64,000 nt of DNA. Source: an uncultured Candidatus Saccharibacteria bacterium. Lineage in GTDB: Bacteria; Patescibacteriota; Minisyncoccia; Phycocordibacterales; XYD1-FULL-46-19. Positions 27,320-38,076 of this stretch are shown here, piece by piece. How positions within the stretch are numbered: position 1 is the stretch's first letter; each line of letters begins with the position of its first letter. The notes under the pieces were generated by a model, which worked only from the letters and a program-made list of their open reading frames with translations, was not told the origin of the DNA and searched no databases. Both the position numbers and the translations under genes were made by a program. Location: NCBI GenBank assembly GCA_964355855.1, contig CAYHFD010000002.1, forward strand, positions 419 through 64,418, read 5' to 3'.

Positions 27320-28393
27320 ATGACCCAGGTGCCTGCCCCCCAACAATTAACTATTTCGACCGGCACGATTATTCGAACGGTCTTTGTTTTAGTTGTTACT
27401 TTTACGTTGTATTTGTTGCTTGATTTGGTGATGATTGTTTTGACCTCGGTGGTTATTGCTTCAGCGGTTGAACCGGCGACGCGCTGGTTTGCTAAATATC
27501 GAGTGCCCCGAGTTTTGGCGGTTCTTATGGTCTATCTTCTAGCTTTTGGTTTTATTTTTGGCTTTGTCTATATTTTTATACCTCCGCTTTTTGTTGACAT
27601 CACTCAATTATCCCTTGCTTTACCTGCCAGTGCTCTTGATGTGCCGATTCTTGATCGTTTGGCTCCGCTGTCTAGTTTGACCGGTGGTTTTTTCCCTAGT
27701 CTTTCTATTGATGGTATGTTGGCAGATATTCAGTCGATGTTGGCTAGTTTTTCCAGTGGTACCTTTACCACCGCTAGCAATGTTTTTGGTGGGGCCTTTA
27801 GTTTTATTTTAATTTTAGTCATTTCCTTTTATTTAGCGGTGCAAGATCGGGGTATTGAAAATTTTCTCCGGATTATAGTTCCGCTCCGCTACGAGTCTTA
27901 TGTGGTGGATTTGTGGAAACGATCACAATACAAAATTGGCCAGTGGATGAAAGGACAATTACTCTTGGGTCTTATTGTGGGCGTGTTGGTCTATCTTGGC
28001 CTAACTATTTTAGGGGTAAAATATGCCTTGGTTTTAGCTATTTTGGCTGCCATGTTCGAACTTATACCAATATTCGGCCCTGTTTTGTCGGCTATTCCGG
28101 CCGTGTTTTTAGGGTTGGCTGAAAGTGCCTCACTCGGTCTAATGGTGATCGGTCTCTATGTCATTATTCAGCAATTTGAAAATCATCTTATTTATCCCTT
28201 GGTGGTGAAAAAAATAGTTGGTGTACCGGCCATTATTGTCATTTTGGCTCTTATTGTCGGGGGTCAGCTAGCCGGGTTTCTCGGTATTATTTTGGCCGTA
28301 CCATTGGCAACGATTATTATGGAATTGGCCCACGACGCTGAAAGACGTAAACTCAATGTCCAATCTGGACCATCAGCTGGGGTAGCAAAATAA
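27320..28393 (+). CDS. AI-2E family transporter (PerM-like permease)
   Basis: 8-TM protein with ELIPIFGPVLSAIPAV and IVGVPAIIVILALIVGGQLAGFLGIILAVP. Confidence 0.7.
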   Translation: MTQVPAPQQLTISTGTIIRTVFVLVVTFTLYLLLDLVMIVLTSVVIASAVEPATRWFAKYRVPRVLAVLMVYLLAFGFIFGFVYIFIPPLFVDITQLSLALPASALDVPILDRLAPLSSLTGGFFPSLSIDGMLADIQSMLASFSSGTFTTASNVFGGAFSFILILVISFYLAVQDRGIENFLRIIVPLRYESYVVDLWKRSQYKIGQWMKGQLLLGLIVGVLVYLGLTILGVKYALVLAILAAMFELIPIFGPVLSAIPAVFLGLAESASLGLMVIGLYVIIQQFENHLIYPLVVKKIVGVPAIIVILALIVGGQLAGFLGIILAVPLATIIMELAHDAERRKLNVQSGPSAGVAK

Positions 28394-28405
28394 CATAAGT
28401 TAGCG

Positions 28406-29845
28406 ATGGAACAAAAACCATTTTATATTACGACGACCTTGCCGTATGTGAATGCCGAACCACATATTGGTTTTGCAATGGAGATTATCCGAGCGGATAT
28501 TATTGCTCGTTACCAAAAACTAATGGGGCGGGAAGTGTTTTTTAATACTGGCACCGATGAGCACGGGCAAAAAATATATCAAAAAGCGATTGAAGCTGGT
28601 CAGGAACCCCAACAATATGTAGATGATTACGCCGAAAAATTCAAAGCCCTCATTCCACTTTTAGGTATCTCTAGCGATATCAATTTTATTCGGACTACCG
28701 ACAAACAGCACATTGAGACAGCGCAAGAATTTTGGCGTCGTGTCGATCGGGCTGGATTTATTTACAAAAAACAATATGAGACTAAATATTGTGTTGGCTG
28801 TGAATTAGAAAAGACCGACTCTGAGCTTGAAAATGACAAATGCCCCATTCATCTTGGCAAAACTATTGAGTTGCGCGCCGAAGAAAATTATTTTTTCCGC
28901 TATTCGGCTTTCGAATCTCAATTGCTTGATCTCTACGAAAAAAATCCCGATTTAGTCATTCCCGATTTTCGTTTCAATGAAATAAGAAATTTTGTTAGGG
29001 GTGGGTTGAGAGATTTTAGTATTTCCCGTTTAAAATCCAAGATGCCTTGGGGGATAGCGGTGCCGGGTGATAAAGATCATGTCATGTATGTATGGTTCGA
29101 CGCGCTCACGAGCTATATTTCCACTTTGGGTTGGCCGGATGATGAAGAGAACTTCAAAAAGTTCTGGGATGGCGAACATAATATTCAATTTGCCGGCAAG
29201 GACCAGGTTCGCCAGCAGGCGGCTATGTGGCAGGCTATGCTCTTGGCAGCAGGATTACCCTCGACCCACCAAGTTATTATCCATGGTTTTTTAAATTTAG
29301 AGGGACAGAAAATGTCCAAGTCGCTTGGTAATACTGTTAACCCCGTTGAATTGGTGGATGAATTTGGAGTGGAGGCCCTTCGCTATTTCATTGCCCGACA
29401 CATAAATGATTTTGAAGATTTTGATTTCTCATTAGAAAAAATGAAAGAAGCCTATAATGCCAATCTCGCCAATGGGCTGGGTAACTTAGTTAGTCGGATT
29501 ATGAAAATGGCCGCGACTCATTTGGATGAGCCGGTGACCGTGCCGGAAAAATCCATTCCTGATAATTTTAAACAAGCGCTAGATAATTTTGAAATCAATC
29601 AAGCCGCCAATATCGTCTGGGAACATATTGGTGAATTGGATAAAAAAATTCAAATTACCGAGCCGTATAAACTAGTGAAAACCGAACCTGATAAAGCTAA
29701 AGTGATTATTACTGAACTGGCGGTCGGGCTTTACACCGTCGGCCGGATGTTGAATCCACTGCTGCCAGAAACTTCAGTTACGATTAAAAATTTAGTCAAA
29801 GCGAACGAGATGCCAGTCGCGCCACTTTTTGCACGCAAAGATTAA
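28406..29845 (+). CDS. metG: Methionyl-tRNA synthetase
   Basis: PYVNAEPHIGF (HIGH-type) and KMSKSLGN. Confidence 0.9.
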   Translation: MEQKPFYITTTLPYVNAEPHIGFAMEIIRADIIARYQKLMGREVFFNTGTDEHGQKIYQKAIEAGQEPQQYVDDYAEKFKALIPLLGISSDINFIRTTDKQHIETAQEFWRRVDRAGFIYKKQYETKYCVGCELEKTDSELENDKCPIHLGKTIELRAEENYFFRYSAFESQLLDLYEKNPDLVIPDFRFNEIRNFVRGGLRDFSISRLKSKMPWGIAVPGDKDHVMYVWFDALTSYISTLGWPDDEENFKKFWDGEHNIQFAGKDQVRQQAAMWQAMLLAAGLPSTHQVIIHGFLNLEGQKMSKSLGNTVNPVELVDEFGVEALRYFIARHINDFEDFDFSLEKMKEAYNANLANGLGNLVSRIMKMAATHLDEPVTVPEKSIPDNFKQALDNFEINQAANIVWEHIGELDKKIQITEPYKLVKTEPDKAKVIITELAVGLYTVGRMLNPLLPETSVTIKNLVKANEMPVAPLFARKD

Positions 29846-29849
29846 GGCT

Positions 29850-30689
29850 ATGGGCACACCACGCTTAATCGACGCTCACGCCCATCTAAACTTTGCCGCT
29901 TTTGATGATGATCGTGACGAGGTTATACAACGAGCGCTGGCTAATAGTGTTTGGATGATAAATGTGGGGACCCAAGCCAATACTTCTCGTACGGCGGTAG
30001 AACTGGCCCAGAAATATAAAGAGGGAGTTTATGCCATTATTGGTTTGCATCCAGTCCACACTGCCAAGTCTTACCACGACGAAGTCGAGTTAGGCGAAGG
30101 TGGGGCTACTTTTACTTCGCGAGGCGAAGTTTTTGATATGGTTGTTTATGAAGAACTGGCTCGTCAGCCGAAAGTGGTTGGCCTCGGGGAATGTGGCTTG
30201 GATTATTTTAGAATTAAGAACGAAGAAGAAAAAGCAAAACAGAAGGAAATTTTCAAGAAGCAAATCGAATTAGCTATTAAAGTTGATAAGCCACTGATGT
30301 TGCACATACGTGACGCTTATCAGGATGCTTTATCCATTCTTAATTCTTACTTCTTAATTCATAATTCCCGATTGCGTGGCGATGTTCATTTCTTCGCTGG
30401 CACCATAGCCGAGGCCAAATCTTTTCTTGATTTAGGATTTTATCTATCGTTTACCGGGGTAATAACTTTTGCCAAAGATTATGAGGAACTGGTTAAATTT
30501 GTTCCTTTAGATCGAATTTTAATTGAAACCGATTGTCCTTATGTGGCGCCGGTTCCTTATCGTGGTCAGCGTAATGAGCCCGTTTATGTCGTAGAGGTTG
30601 CCAAGGTGGTTGCCCGAATTAAGGGGCTAGAGGTGTCCGAGGTAGAAGATCAGACAGTTCAAAATACTAGGGATTTATTTGGTTTTTAG
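29850..30689 (+). CDS. tatD: TatD-family metal-dependent hydrolase
   Basis: LIDAHAHL, GECGLDY and the DxH pattern. Confidence 0.8.
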   Translation: MGTPRLIDAHAHLNFAAFDDDRDEVIQRALANSVWMINVGTQANTSRTAVELAQKYKEGVYAIIGLHPVHTAKSYHDEVELGEGGATFTSRGEVFDMVVYEELARQPKVVGLGECGLDYFRIKNEEEKAKQKEIFKKQIELAIKVDKPLMLHIRDAYQDALSILNSYFLIHNSRLRGDVHFFAGTIAEAKSFLDLGFYLSFTGVITFAKDYEELVKFVPLDRILIETDCPYVAPVPYRGQRNEPVYVVEVAKVVARIKGLEVSEVEDQTVQNTRDLFGF

Positions 30690-30810
30690 GGTTTTCCCGG
30701 TAGTAGATTTTGCCATTGCCCGAGCTAAGTTCGGGCGTGTTTAACACGATGGCAAAATTCACTACCGGGTTTTGACAGTATGGCCTACTTCTGGTAGGAT
30801 ACCCGTACAC

Positions 30811-31314
30811 ATGAAAGATGACATCTTAAATGATTTAGATATTAAAGACCCAAAATCGTACGAATTAGGGTATCTTTTAGTTCCCTTTGTGGCTGAGGGC
30901 GAAAGAGAAAATACAGTCCAGAAGGAAATAAAAGATGCTATTTTGGCCACTGGGGGTAAAATTGGTACCGAGGTTGGTCCCATCATGAAGCATCTAGCCT
31001 ATTCAATTAGGAAGATGTCGAATAATAAATACAATCTTTTTCGAGATGCCTATTTTGGGGCTATCCGTTTTGAGACTACACCTTCAGCAATTGATCAGAT
31101 TACTAAATCAATGCAAAAATCGGATTCACTCATTAGGTTTATGATTATTGAGGTAGCTAAAAATACTGAAATGAAAGTTCGCCTAGTCGATGGGGCCGAC
31201 AAAAAGGAAGCCGATTTAGTCGATGGGGTAGAAATAGGTGTGGTTGAAGCGGTTGGCGCCGATGAACAGGCAATTGATAAAGAGATTGATGATTTACTGG
31301 TGACATCTTTATAA
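30811..31314 (+). CDS. rpsF: Ribosomal protein S6 with N-/C-terminal extensions (start uncertain, 30772 or 30811)
   Basis: S6-like core YELGYLLVP...HLAYSI...RFMIIEV in the canonical position upstream of ssb and rpsR. Confidence 0.6.
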   Translation: MKDDILNDLDIKDPKSYELGYLLVPFVAEGERENTVQKEIKDAILATGGKIGTEVGPIMKHLAYSIRKMSNNKYNLFRDAYFGAIRFETTPSAIDQITKSMQKSDSLIRFMIIEVAKNTEMKVRLVDGADKKEADLVDGVEIGVVEAVGADEQAIDKEIDDLLVTSL

Positions 31315-31319
31315 AATCT

Positions 31320-31778
31320 ATGTATTTAAACAAAGCTATTATTATAGGTAACCTGACTCGCGACCCAGAAGAGCGTCAGTTACCCTCCGGAGTTTCAGTT
31401 ACTAGTTTTTCCATCGCTACTAATCGGGTTTGGAAGGATAAAACTGGTACTAAACAAGAAGATACCCAATATCATAATGTGGTAGTATTTGGTCCCCAGG
31501 CTAGAAATTGTGCCCAGTATTTGCGCAAAGGCAGCTCGGCTTTAGTAGAAGGAAGAATGCAAACCAGAAGCTGGGATGCCCCAGATGGTTCTAAAAAATA
31601 TCGAACCGAAATTATTGCTGACCGGGTTCAGTTTGGTAACCGACCCACAGCTAGTGCTTCGCCTGAAGCTAACCGCCCCACTAGTCCAGATGAAAGTTCC
31701 CAAGATCAAAACCATGGGGGAGGTGACACTATTGATTATCCAGAAGAGGAAATCAATCCGGAAGACATTCCCTTTTAA
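31320..31778 (+). CDS. ssb: Single-stranded DNA-binding protein
   Basis: LNKAIIIGNLTRDPE OB fold and an acidic C-terminal tail ending DIPF. Confidence 0.85.
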   Translation: MYLNKAIIIGNLTRDPEERQLPSGVSVTSFSIATNRVWKDKTGTKQEDTQYHNVVVFGPQARNCAQYLRKGSSALVEGRMQTRSWDAPDGSKKYRTEIIADRVQFGNRPTASASPEANRPTSPDESSQDQNHGGGDTIDYPEEEINPEDIPF

Positions 31779-31793
31779 AAAACAAAGAACAAT

Positions 31794-32021
31794 ATGTTTA
31801 AAGAAAATACAACCAATCGGGAGAAACAATGTCATTTTTGTGTTAACAATATTCGTGATATTGACTATAAAGACATTGAGTCCCTAAAAACTTTTCTAGA
31901 TGGTCACGCGCGCATCTTAAAACACAAGAAAACCGCTGTCTGTTCTTTACACCAGCGTAAATTAGGCTCGGCTATTAAGCGGGCTAGATTTATGGCCCTT
32001 TTGCCTTTTATTAACGGCTAG
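31794..32021 (+). CDS. rpsR: Ribosomal protein S18
   Basis: CHFCVNNIRDIDYKD and the LPF C-terminus. Confidence 0.85.
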   Translation: MFKENTTNREKQCHFCVNNIRDIDYKDIESLKTFLDGHARILKHKKTAVCSLHQRKLGSAIKRARFMALLPFING

Positions 32022-32026
32022 ATTTT

Positions 32027-32073
32027 TCCCCACCCAAAAACCCAAGGCGAAGGCCTTGGGTTTTTGGGTGGGG
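32027..32073. terminator. Bidirectional intrinsic terminator between rpsR (+) and efp (-)
   Basis: ccccacccaaaaacccaaggc gaa ggccttgggtttttgggtgggg. Confidence 0.75.
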
Positions 32074-32083
32074 ACCCTACCGG

Positions 32084-32647
32084 CTAACTAATTCGCCCAG
32101 CATATTCTCCAGTTTCAGTATTTATTTCTACCGTGTCACCTTCGTCTATAAACAAGGGAGCATTTATAATCGTGCCAGTTTCTAAAGTTATTTGTTTGGT
32201 GGCACCCTGGGCGGTGTTACCTCGGACGGCCGTCGCCGCCTCTTTTACTTTTAGTTGAACTTTAATTGGAATAGCTAGCGCAATCGGTTGGTCATTAAAT
32301 GACAAAAGGTCGACCAAATCGTTTTGTTTAACATAGGGTAGTTTGTCGGCAACTAAATCGGCCGGTAGCTGAAATCTTTTAGCCGGGTCAGCTGCTTCGG
32401 TAAACCAATGTTCGCCTCGGTTGGTGTACAAAAATTTAATCGAACGACTCTGTAAGTCAGCCTCATTTACTTTTTCACTTTGGTGGAAAGATTGTTCAAT
32501 CACTTTACCGGTGATTAAATTTTTTAATTTAGTTTGGTTTACCGGTTTTCGTTGTTGTTTACGAAAGACATGGGAATCGATCACTTCATAGGGTTCATCT
32601 TGCCACACGATAAATTTACGTGGCCTGATTTCGTTGTATTCAAGCAT
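32084..32647 (-). CDS. efp: Elongation factor P
   Basis: 187-aa EF-P fold; KPVNQTKL-type loop. Confidence 0.8.
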   Translation of the reverse strand: MLEYNEIRPRKFIVWQDEPYEVIDSHVFRKQQRKPVNQTKLKNLITGKVIEQSFHQSEKVNEADLQSRSIKFLYTNRGEHWFTEAADPAKRFQLPADLVADKLPYVKQNDLVDLLSFNDQPIALAIPIKVQLKVKEAATAVRGNTAQGATKQITLETGTIINAPLFIDEGDTVEINTETGEYAGRIS

Positions 32648-32825
32648 GATATATTTTTAGGAAGGAGGCGACCATAAAAATAATCACCCAGCCCTTACTC
32701 TGATACTGACTGAAAAGCATAAATCAAAGGTAAAGTTATCCTTTATCAGATCAGTAAAGTAAAAGAGTGAGTATCAGAGTAAGGGCTGGGTTAAGAAATT
32801 ATAATCGCTTCGCTCATTAATTTCA

Positions 32826-33854
32826 TTAATTCATTAACTGCTGTTTAATCTTCTTAACAATTTCACTCTTGATTTTTGGGTTGTCCTTAAGGTAGGTCCG
32901 AGACGCATCATAACCTCGGCCGAGAGCAATTTTCTCGCCGGCCTCGGTAGTATATGAATAAGAAGAACCCGACTTCGAGATTAAATCATATTTTTCGCCC
33001 AAAGCCAGCATTTCGCCTTCCGGTGAAATACCTTCGTTGTAGAGCACGTCAAATTCCGCTACTTTAAATGGGGCCGCCACTTTGTTTTTTACCACCTTAA
33101 CTCGTACTCGTCCGCCGACTATTTCTTCGCCCTTTTTAATTTGCGCAATCCGTCTAATATCGAGCCGGACCGAAGAATAAAATTTAAGAGCCTTGCCACC
33201 CGGGGTAGTTTCAGGGTTGCCAAACATAACGCCAATTTGCATGCGAATTTGATTGATAAAAATCACGACCGTTTTAGATTTGGCGACAATGGCAGTCATT
33301 TTGCGCAGGGCTTGGGACATTAAGCGGGCCTGTTTACCCAGATGGTGAGCCCCAATGTCCCCCTCGATCTCATCTTTTGGGGTAAGGGCGGCCACCGAAT
33401 CAACCACAATAATATCTATTTTGCCCGACCGGATCAGACTTTCCACTATCTCTAGCGCTTGCTCACCATAATCTGGTTGGGAGATTAATAGCTCATCTAT
33501 TTTTACACCTAATTTTTTAGAATATTCTGGATCCATGGCGTGTTCCGCATCAATAAACGCACAAATCCCACCTAGTTTTTGGGCTTCGGCCACCATATGC
33601 AAAGCCAGGGTCGTTTTACCGGAAGACTCGGGACCAAAAATTTCAATCACTCGCCCGCGGGGAATACCGCCAATGCCAAGCGCCAAATCGAGACCAAGCG
33701 AGCCGGTGGGAATGGCATTAACATTTACTTTTGGTTTATCACCAAGTTTCATAATTGCTTCGTCACCAAAACGCGATTGAATAGCTCTAATTGTATCTTC
33801 GATATCAGTTCCGTCCGCCTCTCTTTTTCTGGTTGGTTTTTTAGTAAATGCCAT
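32826..33854 (-). CDS. recA: Recombinase RecA
   Basis: GPESSGKTT Walker A and the conserved RecA core. Confidence 0.95.
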   Translation of the reverse strand: MAFTKKPTRKREADGTDIEDTIRAIQSRFGDEAIMKLGDKPKVNVNAIPTGSLGLDLALGIGGIPRGRVIEIFGPESSGKTTLALHMVAEAQKLGGICAFIDAEHAMDPEYSKKLGVKIDELLISQPDYGEQALEIVESLIRSGKIDIIVVDSVAALTPKDEIEGDIGAHHLGKQARLMSQALRKMTAIVAKSKTVVIFINQIRMQIGVMFGNPETTPGGKALKFYSSVRLDIRRIAQIKKGEEIVGGRVRVKVVKNKVAAPFKVAEFDVLYNEGISPEGEMLALGEKYDLISKSGSSYSYTTEAGEKIALGRGYDASRTYLKDNPKIKSEIVKKIKQQLMN

Positions 33855-33865
33855 AGGGATATTAT

Positions 33866-34225
33866 TTAACCTTGATAAATTAATTCGATTTGTTTAGACA
33901 CCTTACGCCCAAAAGCATCGGTGGCTTTCAGGGTCAGTATATTATAGCCAGGAAAGAGGAGCAATGACTCGGTAAATCGACCCTCGTCGTCGGTAAATAT
34001 TTGGCGGTCGTTGAGATAAATTTTGGCAATTCGTTCGGCGCGGCCTTTTATGGTGGCTAGCTCTTCGGCATAAGTACTGCCAGAAGTAGGAGAAATGACG
34101 GTTATTTCTGGACCAGTTAAAATATCGGTAGTTTTAAAATAGGAATAGACAATAATAACAACAAATATTACCACCATTGCCAGGGTGGTAAGGCTATGGC
34201 ATTTGGGAATAGAGAACTTTTTCAT
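33866..34225 (-). CDS. Hypothetical membrane-anchored protein
   Basis: N-terminal TM helix plus a ~90-aa beta-rich domain; adjacent to ftsK. Confidence 0.4.
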   Translation of the reverse strand: MKKFSIPKCHSLTTLAMVVIFVVIIVYSYFKTTDILTGPEITVISPTSGSTYAEELATIKGRAERIAKIYLNDRQIFTDDEGRFTESLLLFPGYNILTLKATDAFGRKVSKQIELIYQG

Positions 34226-34236
34226 TTAAAGACAGA

Positions 34237-36414
34237 TTAAGCAATATTAGTTGGCTCGGTCGGGTTGGCTTCACGATATATTTCTCGTGGCTTGGCGCCA
34301 TCGCCGGGACCAATTATCCCTCTTTCTTCTAACATATCCAACAGGCGGGCGGCCCGGGCATAACCCACCTTTAGTTTTCGTTGCAAATAAGAGGCCGAGG
34401 CTTTGCCGGCTTCCATAACAGCTAAGCGGGCGTCTTCGTACAAGTCATCATCGTCACTGTTGGTATCAAGGGCGGTAGAAAATAGAGCATGGCTAGAATT
34501 GCCGTGTTCATTATCAAAACTTATTTCATCTAACAATTCGTCTTTATACTGTTCTACCAAAAAGGAAACGACCGATTTGACTTCAGATTCAGAAATATAA
34601 GCCGATTGGAGGCGAATCGGTTTAGACATTTCACCAGATAAATACAACATGTCACCGGCGCCGAGAAGTTTTTCGGCCCCAATACCATCTAAGATAGTGC
34701 GTGAGTCAATTTGCGATGCTACCTGCAAGGCAATCCGGGTTGGAATGTTAGCTTTAATTAGTCCAGTAATAACTTCGACGCTAGGTCGTTGGGTTGAGAG
34801 GATTAAATGAATACCGACGGCGCGGGACATTTGGGCCAAGCGAACAATAGCCGCCTCTAGTTCACGTGGGTAAGACGACATAATATCGGCCAGCTCATCG
34901 ATAACTATCACAATATAAGGCATTTGCTCCAAATCTATATCTTCATCGGCGGTCGAACTTTTAGCTAGGGCTGGTTTCAAAACATTTTCGTGATAGGACT
35001 GAATGTCTCGCACGGCCTTTTGTTCTAAAACATCATACCGGCGATCCATTTCTTTGGCCGCCCAACGCAAGGCTATAATCGCTTTTTTGGCATCGGTAAT
35101 AACCGGAGTAAGGAGGTGAGGAATTTTGTTGTATAAGGTTAGTTCCACTCGCTTAGGGTCAATCATAATAAAACGCATTCTTTCTGGGGGGTTGCGATAC
35201 AAGAGTGAAGTAATAAGGGTATGAATTGTTACCGATTTTCCCGAGCCAGTGGCGCCAGCAATAAGCATGTGGGGAGCTTTGGCCACATTGGCATAAGTGC
35301 TTAGGCCAGAAATACCTCGACCAAGACCAACCAAAAGAGGGTGGGCCGAAGCCGAAAATTCTTTACTACCCAATATTGATGACAGGCCGACTGTGGTTTT
35401 GGTGGTATTGGGTATTTCAATACCGACCAAAGATTTACCAGGGATTGGTGCTTCGATACGCAATGGGTGAGCCGCTAGCGCCAAAGCCAAATCATTTTGC
35501 AAATTAACTATCCGTGATAGTTTTACTCCCTCGGCTGGTTTTAAGGCGTAGCGGGTGATCGAGGGGCCAATCGAAATTTCATCCATCTCAACGTGGATAC
35601 CAAAGTTGGCCAAAGTTCTTTTTATAATATTAGAATTAGCCTTAATATCACCAACTCCGGGTTTGCCCGAGTCTTTTGAAAGCAAAGACAGTGGCGGTGG
35701 AACAAAATCTTTGCCCCGCCTAGTAAATCCTTTTAAGGCGTTAAAGAAGCCACCTGCATCCTCGTTTTTATCTAAAGAGAGAGAGGCCGAAGCAGGAATT
35801 TTTTTATTGTTTGTATCGGCCTGATCTCCCTCGTCTGGACGGGGAGTAATCATTGGTTCAAAGTCTTTGTTTCCGATGTCATCATTTAGACCGTCTTGTT
35901 TTTTTCGCCCAAGATAAAATCCAAATAATTTAGGTTCAAGAGTTAGTCTGGTGTCAAACATAATAAAAATAGCCACCAAGCCAGCCGTGCCTAGAATAAT
36001 AATACTAGTGTAATCATCGAAAAATTTTACCAAGGGGTTGGCAATGAGCTTACCCACAATCCCTCCGGTTTTTTCGCTCCCGACAATAACATTTACTAGG
36101 CCTAAACTGGAGACGAAAAGGAGTAGTCCACCAAGTAGGCGATGAGAAACAAAGTTTGGTCTAACCGACTTAAGAAAAGAAACTCCGGTTACTACAAATA
36201 TAACCGGAATAAGAAAGAAGCCGGCGCCAAATAAAAAGTCTAAACCACTAAAAGTATAAGCCCCCATTATCCCAGCCAACTTAAACCTAGCTAATAAAAG
36301 GAAGGCCCCAAGGGCGATAAAAATAACAGCTAGAATACCTTGCTTGGTCTCTGGTTGAAGGCCCGAAATAAGCCTTGATTCTGCTATTTTTTCTTCTTTC
36401 TTCTTTCTGCCCAT
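34237..36414 (-). CDS. ftsK: DNA translocase FtsK/SpoIIIE
   Basis: N-terminal TM segments, GATGSGKSV Walker A and a C-terminal gamma-like winged helix. Confidence 0.9.
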   Translation of the reverse strand: MGRKKKEEKIAESRLISGLQPETKQGILAVIFIALGAFLLLARFKLAGIMGAYTFSGLDFLFGAGFFLIPVIFVVTGVSFLKSVRPNFVSHRLLGGLLLFVSSLGLVNVIVGSEKTGGIVGKLIANPLVKFFDDYTSIIILGTAGLVAIFIMFDTRLTLEPKLFGFYLGRKKQDGLNDDIGNKDFEPMITPRPDEGDQADTNNKKIPASASLSLDKNEDAGGFFNALKGFTRRGKDFVPPPLSLLSKDSGKPGVGDIKANSNIIKRTLANFGIHVEMDEISIGPSITRYALKPAEGVKLSRIVNLQNDLALALAAHPLRIEAPIPGKSLVGIEIPNTTKTTVGLSSILGSKEFSASAHPLLVGLGRGISGLSTYANVAKAPHMLIAGATGSGKSVTIHTLITSLLYRNPPERMRFIMIDPKRVELTLYNKIPHLLTPVITDAKKAIIALRWAAKEMDRRYDVLEQKAVRDIQSYHENVLKPALAKSSTADEDIDLEQMPYIVIVIDELADIMSSYPRELEAAIVRLAQMSRAVGIHLILSTQRPSVEVITGLIKANIPTRIALQVASQIDSRTILDGIGAEKLLGAGDMLYLSGEMSKPIRLQSAYISESEVKSVVSFLVEQYKDELLDEISFDNEHGNSSHALFSTALDTNSDDDDLYEDARLAVMEAGKASASYLQRKLKVGYARAARLLDMLEERGIIGPGDGAKPREIYREANPTEPTNIA

Positions 36415-36680
36415 GTAAGTTTTTGTTTAAGGTAAGGTTACTTAAATTATAGCAAATTAAAAGCGTCAATGATATGTCACGATGTTTTAAGGTAAATAGA
36501 ATATGGCTTCAAATAAGGACATTTTTGGTTAAAAGGTCGCAAGTATTGGACAAGTTAAACTGTCTTATATATAATAGACGATATAAGACAGACCTTGTAA
36601 AGGTCATAAAAAGACAACATTTTGTCCCTGAACAAATTCTAAAAGACCTTAAGGTTTAAGGGACTATAAAATTAAAAAAT

Positions 36681-37487
36681 ATGTCTGATATAACTTCACT
36701 TACAAATTTTATAATTAGCAAAAATGAAAGGTTATCCTCGGCTATATATATGGTTACCAACCTTATGTCAGATGCCGAACCTTTAAAATGGAAGTTGCGG
36801 GAAAAATCTTTAACTTTGGTTTTAGATTTTACGGCGTCCTTTGGTTTTTTGCGTCAAAATTGGGCTGGCGATTTGTCCGATAAATTTGCCGACGCCGAAT
36901 TTATCATTAGTCGAGTTGATGAAATCCTGTCATTACTCGAAATTGCTTTGGGGGGCGGGTCGGTGTCCTCGATGAATTTCTCTATTTTAAAGCAGGAATA
37001 TAATTCTCTCCGTTCAATTCTGCTTGAAAACTTTTCGGCTAAAAACTTCAGTGCCTATCTTTTGGCGGGAGCCGAAGGAAACTTTAGTCGGATTGGTTTA
37101 GCCCCAGTGCTAATTGATGCCAATCGGGTTAATAATCAGACATTGTCTAAGGATCCAGAGGCTATAAACCAAAAATCAACATATCTTACCGAGATTACAA
37201 CTGATAATAAATCAATACCAGTATGGGGGGGTGCTAAACCACAACCAAACACCAATAGGGTTAATTCGACCAAAAATCATTCTAGTGAAAATATTCAAAA
37301 GGGTGGTCGCCGAAATTTGATCACCGGCTATCTTAAAGGACGGACTTGGACTTCTATAAAAGACATCGCTCGAGCGGTACCGGGTTGTAGTGTTAAAACA
37401 ATTCAGCGAGAACTGGTTGACCTAGTGTCAGATAATGTCCTTGAGAAGACAGGCGAGAGGCGCTGGAGTCGTTATCAACTCCGCTAG
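36681..37487 (+). CDS. Hypothetical protein with a C-terminal winged-helix-like segment
   Basis: No motif apart from the C-terminal ...SIKDIARAVPGCSVKTIQRELVDLVSDNVLEKTGERRWSRYQL. Confidence 0.4.
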   Translation: MSDITSLTNFIISKNERLSSAIYMVTNLMSDAEPLKWKLREKSLTLVLDFTASFGFLRQNWAGDLSDKFADAEFIISRVDEILSLLEIALGGGSVSSMNFSILKQEYNSLRSILLENFSAKNFSAYLLAGAEGNFSRIGLAPVLIDANRVNNQTLSKDPEAINQKSTYLTEITTDNKSIPVWGGAKPQPNTNRVNSTKNHSSENIQKGGRRNLITGYLKGRTWTSIKDIARAVPGCSVKTIQRELVDLVSDNVLEKTGERRWSRYQLR

Positions 37488-38076
37488 TTTAGTAGGAAGT
37501 CTGTTTTTGTTGATATGGCGTTGACTATTGGCCTATTTTCTGTAATACTATTAGACAGGGTTTCGGACCATGAAAAACTTAATTATGGTTTATTGATTTA
37601 ACAACTTAGTATGTGGGGTTGGCGGTAAGATACAATTTATTTCCAGATTAAATACTTATCCACAAAAGAAACGAGCCTTATTTGCTAGGTTTTTAGGGAA
37701 AGACTATAATTTAGTCTGTACCGCCGTAGTGGCGGTCGGTGTCTGTGGTCATTGAAAATTTAATATATATAGAGACATTAATGATGAATAAAAAATTCCC
37801 GTTTTTCCCGCGTGATTTATTTGGCTGTATTGTTACTGTACGACAGATTAACTTCCCTTGTTATTAAACCTTGTGATCAAAGTCACAAGGATTAATAAAA
37901 ATAGATTTATTATCAATGATGCGAAGTGGTAGTGCCTTGTGGCATGGCTATTTACGCATTGATAAGTCTGGCAACAAAGATGGTCCTGACACATGTCGAT
38001 GTGGGCCGGGATGTAAGTCTTTGTTAATAGACAGAATTCAATTACAAATTACAAGTTGAATTATAAGTAAGAATTA

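Noticed and set aside
36474-36659. Small ORFs 36474-36659 and 46911-47153
   Set aside because: Both lie in AT-rich or inverted-repeat intergenic regions and have no RBS or motifs. 46911-47153 lies within the long-range inverted repeat.
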